A stretch of DNA of 54,538 bases from the IMG/VR virus record IMGVR_UViG_3300029220_000010; one strand, given 5' to 3'. How positions within the stretch are numbered: the stretch's first letter is position 1; each line of letters opens with the position of its first letter. The stretch comes from a virus. Below, one piece after another: positions 33,163 through 42,716 of the stretch. A model generated the notes under the pieces. The model saw only the letters and a list, made by a program, of their open reading frames with translations. It ran no database searches and was not told where the DNA came from. The position numbers were made by a program, and so were the translations under genes.

Positions 33163-33752
33163 TGGATGTCTGGAAACTTCCGAAATCCGTTAACGTAAAC
33201 GGCAAAGAATATCGAATACGCTCAGATTACAGAGCCGTGTTAGACATTCTTTGTGCTATTAATGATCCCGATATAGTAGCCGGAATGTCAGAGGAAGAAA
33301 AAAACTTGGAGATATACACAACGATTCTGGCTATATTCTACGAAGACTTTGATAATCTTCCAACGGAAGACTGGGAAGAAGCTTTAAAGACGGCGAAAGA
33401 GTTTATCGACTGCGGATTTAAGGGAGATAAGAAAAAACCACAACTTATGGATTGGAAAAAAGATGCAAAGATTCTGATTCCGGCCATTAATAAAGTGGCA
33501 CATGAGGATATTCGTGAGAAAGAGTACTTGCATTGGTGGACGTTTATGGGACTTTTCATGGAGATTGGAGAATCTCTGTTCAGCACTATCACTAACATTC
33601 GCGAAAAAGTCTCGAAAGGGAAGAAATTGGATAGTTGGGAAAAAGAATTCTATTCTAGCAATAAGGAACTTGTTGACCTTAAAGCGACACCAGAGCGAAG
33701 CAAAGAAGAAAAAGAAGAATTAAGAAGAGTATTCGGGCTCGCAAATAATTAA
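33162..33752 (+). CDS. Gp15-family tail assembly protein
   Basis: MDVWKLPKSVNVNGKEYRIRSDYRAVLDIL resembles the Phage_Gp15 family; start overlaps the upstream stop (TAATG). Confidence 0.6.
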   Translation: MDVWKLPKSVNVNGKEYRIRSDYRAVLDILCAINDPDIVAGMSEEEKNLEIYTTILAIFYEDFDNLPTEDWEEALKTAKEFIDCGFKGDKKKPQLMDWKKDAKILIPAINKVAHEDIREKEYLHWWTFMGLFMEIGESLFSTITNIREKVSKGKKLDSWEKEFYSSNKELVDLKATPERSKEEKEELRRVFGLANN

Positions 33753-33798
33753 CCGGGTATTATACGGAGATACCCGCTGACCGCAAATATTTAGCGGT
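33753..33798 (+). promoter_or_regulatory. Conserved two-hairpin element upstream of the tape measure gene
   Basis: CGGGTAT-tatacggag-ATACCCG, CTGACC, ACCGC-aaatattta-GCGGT, then TAGAAAGGAC. Confidence 0.55.
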
Positions 33799-33812
33799 AG
33801 AAAGGACAATAC

Positions 33813-36569
33813 ATGACAGAAGATGGAAGTATTGTTATTAACACAAAAATCAGAACTGATGGCGTAAAGGCGGGCGCACAAGAAATTGAAGCCGGATTGC
33901 GAAGAGCAGCAGACAGGGTGGATAATTTGGGAACGTCTGCGAAAAACGCCATCAACAAGCAAATAGATGCTTTTGCAAAACTGAATAACGAATACAGCGC
34001 ACAAGAACAAAAGGTAGAATCGTTACGGCAAAAGGTAGCATCCTATGCAAATCAGCGTATCCCAACTACTGAATACAAGGAAATATCCGACCAAATTTCA
34101 AAAGCAGAAGCAAAACTCAATCAGCTTATGTCATCACAGGAACGTTTTGTAGCAAACGGAGGGGAAAAGAACACTTCGACTTATAAAAAAATGCAGTATG
34201 ACATAGATGAACTTGCGAACACTATTAAATACGCAAGGTCGGAGCTTATTGATCTGGAAGTTTCTGGAAAAGCTTTTTCGACTGGTGTGAACACCAAAGA
34301 AGCACAGGCAGACATGGAAAGACTTGCGACCGCAGAAAGAAAACTTGCAGATATGCAGAACCGATTAAATACATCGTATTCTGGTATTAAAAACAAACTT
34401 GCAAGTTATGGTACAGGTTTAGTGTCTTTGAAAGAAAAACTTTTTGGCGTAAACAGTGCAAATAATAAGACGGCAAATTCCAATTCGAAATTAAGCAGAT
34501 CCTTTAAAGACGCTGGCAAATCAGCCGGATCAGCAAGAATGAGCATTGGAAGAATGCTTACGATGTCTGTTTTATTTAGTAGCGTTTTTCGACTTATCAG
34601 CATTCTTACGCAAGGAATAATAGGTGGATTCAATAATCTTGCTCAATACTCCAAAACCACAAACGCAAATATATCTACTTTGTGGGGGAGCCTTATCAGA
34701 TTGCAAAATGCATTTGCTACAGCTTTCAGTCCGATACTAACCGTTATCACACCGATACTGTCACGATTCATTGACCTTATCAGCACAGCCATAACCTATG
34801 TAGGAATGTTTTTCGGGTATCTTGCCGGGAATAAGACGTACACAAAGGCATTAGCAGTGCAAAAAGATTATGCTGCCAGTCTGGATAAGACCGCCAAGTC
34901 TACGAAGAAAGCCACAAAAGCAGCGAAAGACTACCTGTCACCATTGGATGAAATTAATCGGTATACGACAAATAAGGATACCGACACAACACCGTCTGGA
35001 TCCGGTGCAAACGGAACACCGATCAGCAAAATGTTTGAAGAAGTTCCAATAGATGCACCGCCGATTTTTGAAAAAATCAAGGATGTACTGGGACAGATAT
35101 TCCAACCGTTCAAAGAAGCGTGGGAGCGTGAGGGGAAAAACACGATTGATGCGGCCAAGTATGCATTATCGGAGCTTGGAACACTGGCAAAGAGTGTCGG
35201 CAGTAGTATGTTGGAAGTCTGGACGAATGGTACAGGTACACAGATACTGTCTACCATGTTACAGATTGCACAGGGACTGCTTACAACGATTGGAAACATC
35301 GCAAGGCAATTAGATATAGCTTGGAATAAAAACGCAGTAGGAACGGCCATTATACAGGCTATAGCAGATGCTTTCCAAAAGGTACTTGATATCATCAATC
35401 GTCTTGTGTGGGATACGGCTCAGTGGGCGGGATCATTGAACTTTTACCCGTTACTTAATTCGATTAAGAATCTGTTTGAATCTATGTCACCACTGATAGA
35501 AGCTATTGGAAGTTTCTTAGAAAGATTGTATACGAACATTATATTGCCGATGCTTACATGGCTGATAGAGAGCGGTCTTCCGGCACTTATTAATGTACTT
35601 GCTGGCTTGTTTAATTTCCTCGGTGAACATCAGTGGATTGTTGATGCCATTGGGACAGCATTAGTTACAGCGTTTGCTACATCAAAAATAGTTCCTTTAA
35701 TTGCAACTATATCAAGCGCAGTTCTTGGATTTGCTGGACACATAGGAACATTAATTGACATTTTAAAAGGTGGCGGTGGATTAATTGGCGTTATCGGTCA
35801 AGTAGTTTCTACGTTTGGCATTGTTCCTATTGCAATAGCAGCAGCAATAGCAGCAATCATATTAATAGCTACTCACTGGGATCAGCTTAAAGTCGTAATG
35901 TCAAATCTTATGGACTGGATAAAAGGAGTATTTGCCACTGACTGGCACGCTCAATTCGGAGTATTTGGAGATGTAGTGGAAGTTTTTCTTAACAGCTTTA
36001 AAGGGATTTTTAACAGCATTAAACAGATATGCTCTGGGTTTGTCACATTTTTAAAAGGAGTATTTACAGGGAATGTAGATATGGCGCTAAAAGGAATACT
36101 AAAAATACTCCGTGGAGCTGCTAATTTAATCTACTCAATTTTTAAAGCACCTGTAAATATGGTTATCGCCCTATTTAATGGATTGAATCAAGCAATTATT
36201 AATGCAATTAATGGATTGGTAGACGGACTGAATCACATTAAAGTACCGGATTGGGTTCCAGGTATCGGCGGTAAGGGAATTAATCTTTCCCATGCAAATT
36301 ACACCAGAATTCCATATCTTGCACAAGGGGCAGTTATTCCGGCCGGAAATCCGTTTTTAGCGGTTCTTGGTGACCAGACAAAAGGAAACAACTTGGAGAT
36401 GCCGGAAAATCTGTTAAGAAAAATCGTAAGTGAAGAAAGCGGTAAAGGTACAGGAATGATAAAACTTGTGGTAAATCTGGACAGCAGAACGGTGCTTGAA
36501 CAGCTTATTAATACAGCAAAAGAAATGCAGATGTCCAACGGACAGAATGTATTCGAACTCGGGAGGTAG
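33813..36569 (+). CDS. Tail tape measure protein
   Basis: 918 aa, coiled-coil N-terminal part, hydrophobic Gly/Ala/Ile-rich central segments; canonical position. Confidence 0.9.
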   Translation: MTEDGSIVINTKIRTDGVKAGAQEIEAGLRRAADRVDNLGTSAKNAINKQIDAFAKLNNEYSAQEQKVESLRQKVASYANQRIPTTEYKEISDQISKAEAKLNQLMSSQERFVANGGEKNTSTYKKMQYDIDELANTIKYARSELIDLEVSGKAFSTGVNTKEAQADMERLATAERKLADMQNRLNTSYSGIKNKLASYGTGLVSLKEKLFGVNSANNKTANSNSKLSRSFKDAGKSAGSARMSIGRMLTMSVLFSSVFRLISILTQGIIGGFNNLAQYSKTTNANISTLWGSLIRLQNAFATAFSPILTVITPILSRFIDLISTAITYVGMFFGYLAGNKTYTKALAVQKDYAASLDKTAKSTKKATKAAKDYLSPLDEINRYTTNKDTDTTPSGSGANGTPISKMFEEVPIDAPPIFEKIKDVLGQIFQPFKEAWEREGKNTIDAAKYALSELGTLAKSVGSSMLEVWTNGTGTQILSTMLQIAQGLLTTIGNIARQLDIAWNKNAVGTAIIQAIADAFQKVLDIINRLVWDTAQWAGSLNFYPLLNSIKNLFESMSPLIEAIGSFLERLYTNIILPMLTWLIESGLPALINVLAGLFNFLGEHQWIVDAIGTALVTAFATSKIVPLIATISSAVLGFAGHIGTLIDILKGGGGLIGVIGQVVSTFGIVPIAIAAAIAAIILIATHWDQLKVVMSNLMDWIKGVFATDWHAQFGVFGDVVEVFLNSFKGIFNSIKQICSGFVTFLKGVFTGNVDMALKGILKILRGAANLIYSIFKAPVNMVIALFNGLNQAIINAINGLVDGLNHIKVPDWVPGIGGKGINLSHANYTRIPYLAQGAVIPAGNPFLAVLGDQTKGNNLEMPENLLRKIVSEESGKGTGMIKLVVNLDSRTVLEQLINTAKEMQMSNGQNVFELGR

Positions 36570-36574
36570 GTAAA

Positions 36575-36949
36575 ATGGCACAGCAAGTGATTAAGATTAA
36601 TGGTCGGACTATTCATCAGCCAGACACATTCAAATTCAGCTTTGCCACTACCTCTACAGAGGGAACAGAGCGATTAATGAGTGGCGTTATGTGCAATGAA
36701 CCGATGTTCACGGTAGAATCTTACGCTTATGAGGGAAGTGACATAAGTATATCGGAAATGGCAAACCTTTTGCAGATGATTGTAAATCAGAGACAGGTGC
36801 AACTATATTATTTTTCCGTGTATTACGGAAGATGGAGAGAAGCACCGTTTTACGTCACACAAGGAAGTGTAGATATCGGGACATTAAAAGAGGGAGAAGA
36901 AAAGTACAAATCCCTTAGTTTTAACATAATCGGGGTGAATCCAATATGA
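36575..36949 (+). CDS. Tail component (distal-tail position, unusually small)
   Basis: 124 aa directly after the tape measure gene. Confidence 0.5.
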   Translation: MAQQVIKINGRTIHQPDTFKFSFATTSTEGTERLMSGVMCNEPMFTVESYAYEGSDISISEMANLLQMIVNQRQVQLYYFSVYYGRWREAPFYVTQGSVDIGTLKEGEEKYKSLSFNIIGVNPI

Positions 36950-39231
36950 TACACATTAGCAATGCATATAAGAAAGCTATATACGGACGTAGTGACTGGT
37001 ATCCATCTGCAAGGGTTACTTTCTTAGATGGCACAGTGTTAAATCTTGGCCGATCCGAATTTTTAATATCTGGCAACAACATTGTTGATGGAGCTGGTAC
37101 ACAAAGCTTGCCACTCGGTAATGTTGTGTCCAGAAAAATTACAGTAAAGCTGTATAACGCAGATGACAGATATAGAGTTCATAGCTTTCTCGGTGCCAAG
37201 ATAACATTGTACAAGTCAATTAGCACAGATATGGGTGATCTGACTATAAAAAGTGGCACTTATACCGTAATTGACCCGGAAAGCTATGGGGATACCGTAA
37301 GCTTTTCGGCTTATGACGATGCATACAAACTTGACAGAGATTATACCACACATTTAACGTATCCACTCAGCTTAAAGGATATTCTGAAAGATTCTTGCAG
37401 AACGTGTGGTGTGCAGATGGATGTTACCTCGTTTTCTGATGATAACATCATGGTAAAGGAAAAACCTACAAATACCACTCACAGACAGGTGATCGGATGG
37501 ATTGCAATGATTGCTGGCGGGAATGCGTGGATGAATGCAGATAACCATTTACAGATTTCACAGTATGATATGTCTCTTTTTGATAATATTGCGGACATTG
37601 ACGGTGGATGGTTTGACGATCCGAGACAGAATTATGACGGTGGTCAGTTCGAAACAGACATGATATCAGAAAAGTATTCAACTTATGCGGAGATGTCTGG
37701 CGGTACATTCTCAGAAGACATTAGCGAGTATTACTACGATGACTTGGATTGGAGTTCCGAAAAATATTCAAGCGGTTCGAATGTTGACGGTGGATGGTTT
37801 GATGATGGGTTGGAACTTCTTACAGATGATTCTTATGGAATTATGTACAGGTCCGTTGAAAGAAAACAAAAAAACGCATATCAGTTGATCGGGAAAAAAG
37901 ATAATTTGTTCTTGCTTAAAAATGGAAATGTGCTTGGAGTACATTCCGTGGATGTGGAAGAAGCAAGTGGATACATTCTGACGGATGCCACGAACGTGTA
38001 TACAAGCGGTGACATTTTGGATGATGGTAATTTCAAATTGGTTGATAATTTCCACTTTTTAACCCAGTGGAAGACTGGGCTGACAACAGGAGTAGAGCCT
38101 ATAGTTATCACAGGAATCCAAACTACAGAGAATGAAAAAACGTACACATATGGTTCTGAGGGATACATATTGAGTATAGAGAATTCACTAATCAAAGATA
38201 AGAGCTTACTGGTTAATACAGTCGGAGCAAAACTTACGGGCGTATCATTTATGAATTTTTCCGGCGAACATCTTTCTTATCCTCTTGCAGACTTTATGGA
38301 TCTTGCCTATGTTATTGACAGGAACGGAAAAGTAAACAAAACCATCTTGACTGATATTACTTTTAACTTCCTCGGGTTTACTTCGCTGAAATGTTCGGCC
38401 GAAAATGCAATCAGAAATAGCAGTAAGTACGTGACTTCTGAAACGAAAGCAATACAAAAGGCCTCTGCAATGGCTGACAAAAAAATCAGCAAATACGATG
38501 AAGCTGTTCAATCTCTTACGGCATTAATGACACAAGGGATGGGATTTTTCAAGACGGAAAAGATACAGGATGATAAATCCATTGTATTTTATCTCCACAA
38601 CAAAGAAAAACTGGAAGATTCGAACATTATCTGGAAAATGGTCGGGGATGCTTTTGCGGTATCTACAGATGGTGGCAAAACATGGAATGCCGGACTTGAT
38701 TCTAATGGAAACGCAGTAGTTAATGTACTTTCTGCCGTAGGTATTAACTGCGATTGGATACACTCTGGAACACTTACGCTTGGCGGTTATAACAACCAAA
38801 ATGGTGTACTTTCGATGCAAGATTCGGCCGGAAATGAAATAGGGAGATGGAATAATCAAGGTGTGTATGCAAGAGGACATTATGTATCCGAAGATTCTAG
38901 CGGAAGAAAACTAGACATCCATAACGCAATGATAGATATGTATTCATCCGGAGGAGAATATGAAGGGCACGTTTCTTCGGCAAGCGGAGGAATAGAAGTA
39001 AGAGATGGATATGGAGATTATGTAAGAGTAAATGGTGGATATGCGCAACTTCATGGGGCCAATGGAACACAAATAGGTACAGATGGTACACTTCTTATTT
39101 CTGCAAAAAAAATAACCATTAACGGTGATACGGCAAAAACTGGAACGGCCGTATTCAGTGATGGAAGTTATTTGAAATTTAAAAATGGAAACTTGATTGG
39201 TGGAAGAACAGCAAGCGGTACGACATTTTAA
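36946..39231 (+). CDS. Tail-associated / baseplate protein (Tal-position)
   Basis: 761 aa; N-terminus MIHISNAYKKAIYGRSDWYPSARVTFLDGT resembles prophage tail endopeptidase-family proteins. Confidence 0.65.
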   Translation: MIHISNAYKKAIYGRSDWYPSARVTFLDGTVLNLGRSEFLISGNNIVDGAGTQSLPLGNVVSRKITVKLYNADDRYRVHSFLGAKITLYKSISTDMGDLTIKSGTYTVIDPESYGDTVSFSAYDDAYKLDRDYTTHLTYPLSLKDILKDSCRTCGVQMDVTSFSDDNIMVKEKPTNTTHRQVIGWIAMIAGGNAWMNADNHLQISQYDMSLFDNIADIDGGWFDDPRQNYDGGQFETDMISEKYSTYAEMSGGTFSEDISEYYYDDLDWSSEKYSSGSNVDGGWFDDGLELLTDDSYGIMYRSVERKQKNAYQLIGKKDNLFLLKNGNVLGVHSVDVEEASGYILTDATNVYTSGDILDDGNFKLVDNFHFLTQWKTGLTTGVEPIVITGIQTTENEKTYTYGSEGYILSIENSLIKDKSLLVNTVGAKLTGVSFMNFSGEHLSYPLADFMDLAYVIDRNGKVNKTILTDITFNFLGFTSLKCSAENAIRNSSKYVTSETKAIQKASAMADKKISKYDEAVQSLTALMTQGMGFFKTEKIQDDKSIVFYLHNKEKLEDSNIIWKMVGDAFAVSTDGGKTWNAGLDSNGNAVVNVLSAVGINCDWIHSGTLTLGGYNNQNGVLSMQDSAGNEIGRWNNQGVYARGHYVSEDSSGRKLDIHNAMIDMYSSGGEYEGHVSSASGGIEVRDGYGDYVRVNGGYAQLHGANGTQIGTDGTLLISAKKITINGDTAKTGTAVFSDGSYLKFKNGNLIGGRTASGTTF

Positions 39232-39243
39232 GGAGATAGGTAT

Positions 39244-39759
39244 ATGACAAAAACAGAAAGTGCGGTTCAATGGGCTATCAGAATAGCCAACGACAACAGG
39301 CATGGCTACAGCCAAGCGAATCGTTGGGGGAATCCAGATTATGATTGCTCATCACTCGTAATATCTGCATGGCAGCAAGCCGGAGTTCCAGTAAAATCAA
39401 ATGGAGCTACTTATACGGGAAATATGTACAATGTTTTTCGTGCTTGCGGATTCACGGATGTAACGGCAATCTGCAACAGAGCCACTGGTGCTGGAATGCA
39501 AAGAGGGGATGTACTACTAAATGTTAAATATCACACTGCAATGTACATCGGTGGTGGTCAGATGGTGCAAGCATCATCTACAAGAGGACATCCAGAAGCC
39601 GGGGATCAGACGGGAACAGAGATATGGGTGTGCAGATATTATAATTATTCGAGAGGATGGGATTACGTTTTACGGTATACAAAAGGCGGTTCTGCTGGCG
39701 GTGGAGGGACACCGACACAACCATCTGGTGTTTCTCTTGTAAGATGGATCCCTGGATAG
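39244..39759 (+). CDS. NlpC/P60-type cell-wall hydrolase (virion-associated lysin)
   Basis: PDYDCSSLVISAWQQAG (catalytic Cys context) and YHTAMYIGGGQMVQAS (His context). Confidence 0.75.
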   Translation: MTKTESAVQWAIRIANDNRHGYSQANRWGNPDYDCSSLVISAWQQAGVPVKSNGATYTGNMYNVFRACGFTDVTAICNRATGAGMQRGDVLLNVKYHTAMYIGGGQMVQASSTRGHPEAGDQTGTEIWVCRYYNYSRGWDYVLRYTKGGSAGGGGTPTQPSGVSLVRWIPG

Positions 39760-39771
39760 AAAGGAGAAAAT

Positions 39772-40191
39772 ATGGCTATACAGATGCGTAGGGGACTACT
39801 TGCAGATTTTGACGCAAGTAAGATGCTCCCCGGTGAATTTGCGGTAACTATAGACGAAGTGGCCGAAAACCAAAAAGTATTTATCTGTTTTTCAGCCGGA
39901 ACATTTAAGACGTTGGCTACAAGAGAAGATTTTGAGCAAGACTTGGCGAATATCCAACAGGCTATCGAAGACGCAAGAGAAGCGTCAAAGACAGCGAATG
40001 CAGCTATCGACAAGGCTAACCAAATTATAGCCGGAAAGGTCGGAATCGATGATACACAGTTGAGTGGATCTACAGTGTATTCTTCGGAAAAGACAGATCA
40101 GCTGTATGTTAAAAAAACAGAATACGACAAACTTGTTGAAAAAGTAAACTCTTTGGTAAGCGATTTGTCGAATGCTCTAGTAAGTAGGTGA
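39772..40191 (+). CDS. Tail fibre N-terminal-type protein
   Basis: MAIQMRRGLLADFDASKMLPGEFAVTIDE is a common fibre/tropism-determinant N-terminus. Confidence 0.5.
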   Translation: MAIQMRRGLLADFDASKMLPGEFAVTIDEVAENQKVFICFSAGTFKTLATREDFEQDLANIQQAIEDAREASKTANAAIDKANQIIAGKVGIDDTQLSGSTVYSSEKTDQLYVKKTEYDKLVEKVNSLVSDLSNALVSR

Positions 40192-40195
40192 TAGT

Positions 40196-40927
40196 ATGGG
40201 CCAGATATACATTGAAGCGTTGAACGAAGCAAAAACATTGTCGGATAGTGATTACTTGCTCATAGAAACAAGCACAGAAGATCTAAAGATTTCTATCGGG
40301 ACTTTAAAACAACTGCTTTCCGTTGCTACAGCGGATAAATTAACAAATCCGTTTGAACTAACTCTTTCCGGCGATGCTACAGGGACAACAACTATAGACG
40401 GCAGTGAATCTGTTGATATTGATGTATCTCAAATCAAAGCAACTTCGCTGAAAAACGATATTAAAATCAATGGTACACCGTTTGATGGGCAGGACGGAAT
40501 AGTGACTGATCAATGGGGGAAAGAAAGACAGATTACTATCGGCGGATGTGTAAGAAGCGTAAATGGCGAATCTGATATTGAATTCCCGGCAAACGAAGTC
40601 TTTTCAGGATCTGGACAGCCTTACGTCCCGACCGCTGGTGGAGCTATGACAGGAGATTTAAAAAGGAACATTAATGATGCTGATTATACTGTTTACAGTG
40701 CTACTACAGAAACGACAGAATCTGGAACGTCTGTAACTATTAAATTTGGAGATGTTAATGCAAATCCAGTCATACTCGGATTAAGCCAGCCAATTTGGAA
40801 CAATGGCGTAAATGTAAAAAAACTGCTTACAGAAGATGACCTGTACGAGTTAGAAAGACGTATTAGTGAATTAGAAAGTATGGCTACACAAACATCATCT
40901 ATTAAGGAGGAAGATATAAATGGCTAA
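40196..40927 (+). CDS. Tail fibre / receptor-binding candidate
   Basis: 243 aa within the fibre cluster. Confidence 0.45.
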   Translation: MGQIYIEALNEAKTLSDSDYLLIETSTEDLKISIGTLKQLLSVATADKLTNPFELTLSGDATGTTTIDGSESVDIDVSQIKATSLKNDIKINGTPFDGQDGIVTDQWGKERQITIGGCVRSVNGESDIEFPANEVFSGSGQPYVPTAGGAMTGDLKRNINDADYTVYSATTETTESGTSVTIKFGDVNANPVILGLSQPIWNNGVNVKKLLTEDDLYELERRISELESMATQTSSIKEEDING

Positions 40928-41402
40928 TGAAAAAGCGCAGAAAATCTATGGGAAATATATAAAAGACCTTCCACAAGTTACAGAAGTAAATGATACAGAT
41001 GATATCATCGTGGAAGATTCTACACCGATTACAAATCGAGCAAAACTTGGTGTTATTTTCGATACGATTAAAAGTAGAATTGCATCTACGTGGAAGTTTT
41101 CAGAATTAGGGAACAAAACAATTCTGACGTATATTACGGAATTAAAAGCAAAAGCCCCAGTATTTGGCACAACGTCTCTTATCGAAACACCTGCAAATAC
41201 TTACAAAGATACTACTGTAAAATTCGGAAAAACTTTTTCAAAGGCTCCGACTGTATTTGTATCTCTTTCCGGTGGATCGCAAAATACAAAATCGTTCGGA
41301 GTAGAGGTTTTAAGTACGACCACCAGTAGTTGCGTTATTCGTACTGTTAACGGACACAATTCAAGCGTGTCTATGTTTGTTAACTGGTGCGCATTAACCT
41401 AA
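40920..41402 (+). CDS. Tail fibre-associated protein
   Basis: 160 aa; overlaps the previous gene. Confidence 0.45.
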   Translation: MANEKAQKIYGKYIKDLPQVTEVNDTDDIIVEDSTPITNRAKLGVIFDTIKSRIASTWKFSELGNKTILTYITELKAKAPVFGTTSLIETPANTYKDTTVKFGKTFSKAPTVFVSLSGGSQNTKSFGVEVLSTTTSSCVIRTVNGHNSSVSMFVNWCALT

Positions 41403-41472
41403 AAATGTGGGGAACATTGACAGTCGAAAAATATGAGATGATTTCCTTATCAAACAGGAAAGGAGAAAAAAT

Positions 41473-41658
41473 ATGGCAGCTATGAGCGAAGAAACCACTT
41501 GTGAAGTAATCAAAAGCTGTGCCTACGGTTATACTGTAGACGAATTGGCAGAACACTACGGCATGGAAAAAGCAGATGCAGAAAAGTTTGTGAAAGAGCA
41601 TGCAACTGAGATTGCGGAAACGAAAGAACATTTAAAACAGGAGGGATATATTGAATAG
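41473..41658 (+). CDS. Small soluble acidic protein (not a holin)
   Basis: 61 aa with no hydrophobic segment; AAAGGAGA SD. Confidence 0.45.
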   Translation: MAAMSEETTCEVIKSCAYGYTVDELAEHYGMEKADAEKFVKEHATEIAETKEHLKQEGYIE

Positions 41659-42640
41659 GGTAGTCGATGTTTCTGAACATAACGGGAACATCGACTGGAC
41701 TAAAGTAAAAGCATCTGGCATTGTAGGTGCTATCCTTAGATGCGGATATGGGCAAGATCAGACAGGACAGGATGATAAAAAATGGCTGAGAAATGTATCT
41801 GAATGTGAGCGTCTTGGCATCCCTTACGGTGTGTACCTGTATTCTTACGCAAAGACTACAGGTGCAGTACAGGGAGAGGTCAACCACACATTAAGACTTC
41901 TAAAAGGACATTCTCCGGCATGGCCTGTATATTTTGACAGCGAACAGCCGGGAACACAGGGTGTTGCAAAAGCCAATGCAAAAGCATTTTGTGATGCAAT
42001 GGTAGCACATGGCTATAAAGCCGGAATCTATGCATCTACATCTTGGTATAAGAACTATATCGGCCAGACATGGGGATATTCTCTGTGGATTGCATCTTAC
42101 GGCTCTAAATCTGCCGGAGTAGACGGAATTGATATGTGGCAGTACACATCGAAAGGCTCTATTCCTGGAATCCCTGGAAATGTAGATGTAAACTATCTCT
42201 ATAAGGACCTGGGCGGTACGGTAACTCAGGTACAGAAACCGACTGTAGCACCGGCACCTAAACCGGTAGATGAATCTTGGAAAGGTGACAAGCGGTATTA
42301 CCTGGAAAACACCCGTGTAGGGTCATGGCAGAAAGCTATGAATATAGGATTTGACACTAAAGAATTATCTGAGGATAACAAATTCGGTGTCGGCTCACAG
42401 AATTTTGCTAAAACGCATATCTTATGGTCCGGTCAGACACACAACTGCATCACAGCTATCAGATGGCTGAGACGTACCCTCAGAGACGTATATGGCTTTA
42501 CGAAGCTGTCTTACAACGAGGGGTGGACAGACTACCTCGGGAAGTGCGTAGAGGTATTCCAGAGGAACAGAGGACTTACACCGGATAGAAAAGTAGGACT
42601 TGACACAACCTACTGGCTCTTATCCGGCGTTGTAAAATAA
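41651..42640 (+). CDS. Endolysin: GH25 muramidase plus C-terminal peptidoglycan-binding domain
   Basis: TTG start after AGGAGGGA. VVDVSEHNGNIDWTKVKASGIVGAILRCGYG...GVYLYSYA (GH25), Pro-rich linker, PG_binding_1-like C-terminus. Confidence 0.85.
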   Translation: MNRVVDVSEHNGNIDWTKVKASGIVGAILRCGYGQDQTGQDDKKWLRNVSECERLGIPYGVYLYSYAKTTGAVQGEVNHTLRLLKGHSPAWPVYFDSEQPGTQGVAKANAKAFCDAMVAHGYKAGIYASTSWYKNYIGQTWGYSLWIASYGSKSAGVDGIDMWQYTSKGSIPGIPGNVDVNYLYKDLGGTVTQVQKPTVAPAPKPVDESWKGDKRYYLENTRVGSWQKAMNIGFDTKELSEDNKFGVGSQNFAKTHILWSGQTHNCITAIRWLRRTLRDVYGFTKLSYNEGWTDYLGKCVEVFQRNRGLTPDRKVGLDTTYWLLSGVVK

Positions 42641-42671
42641 TATAAGAGCATTACACTTTGCATACAATACT

Positions 42672-42716
42672 AAAAATCCCCACTGCTGATTACTTGCCAG
42701 TAGTGGGATTTTTTTC
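42672..42716. terminator. Bidirectional terminator between convergent lysin and lysogeny genes
   Basis: AAAAATCCCCACTGCTG pairs with CAGTAGTGGGATTTTT, with A- and T-runs on either side. Confidence 0.75.

Noticed and set aside
32719-33752. Programmed -1 frameshift between the two tail chaperone ORFs
   Set aside because: The second ORF has its own ATG overlapping the first stop (TAATG). I found no slippery heptamer near the end of the first ORF.
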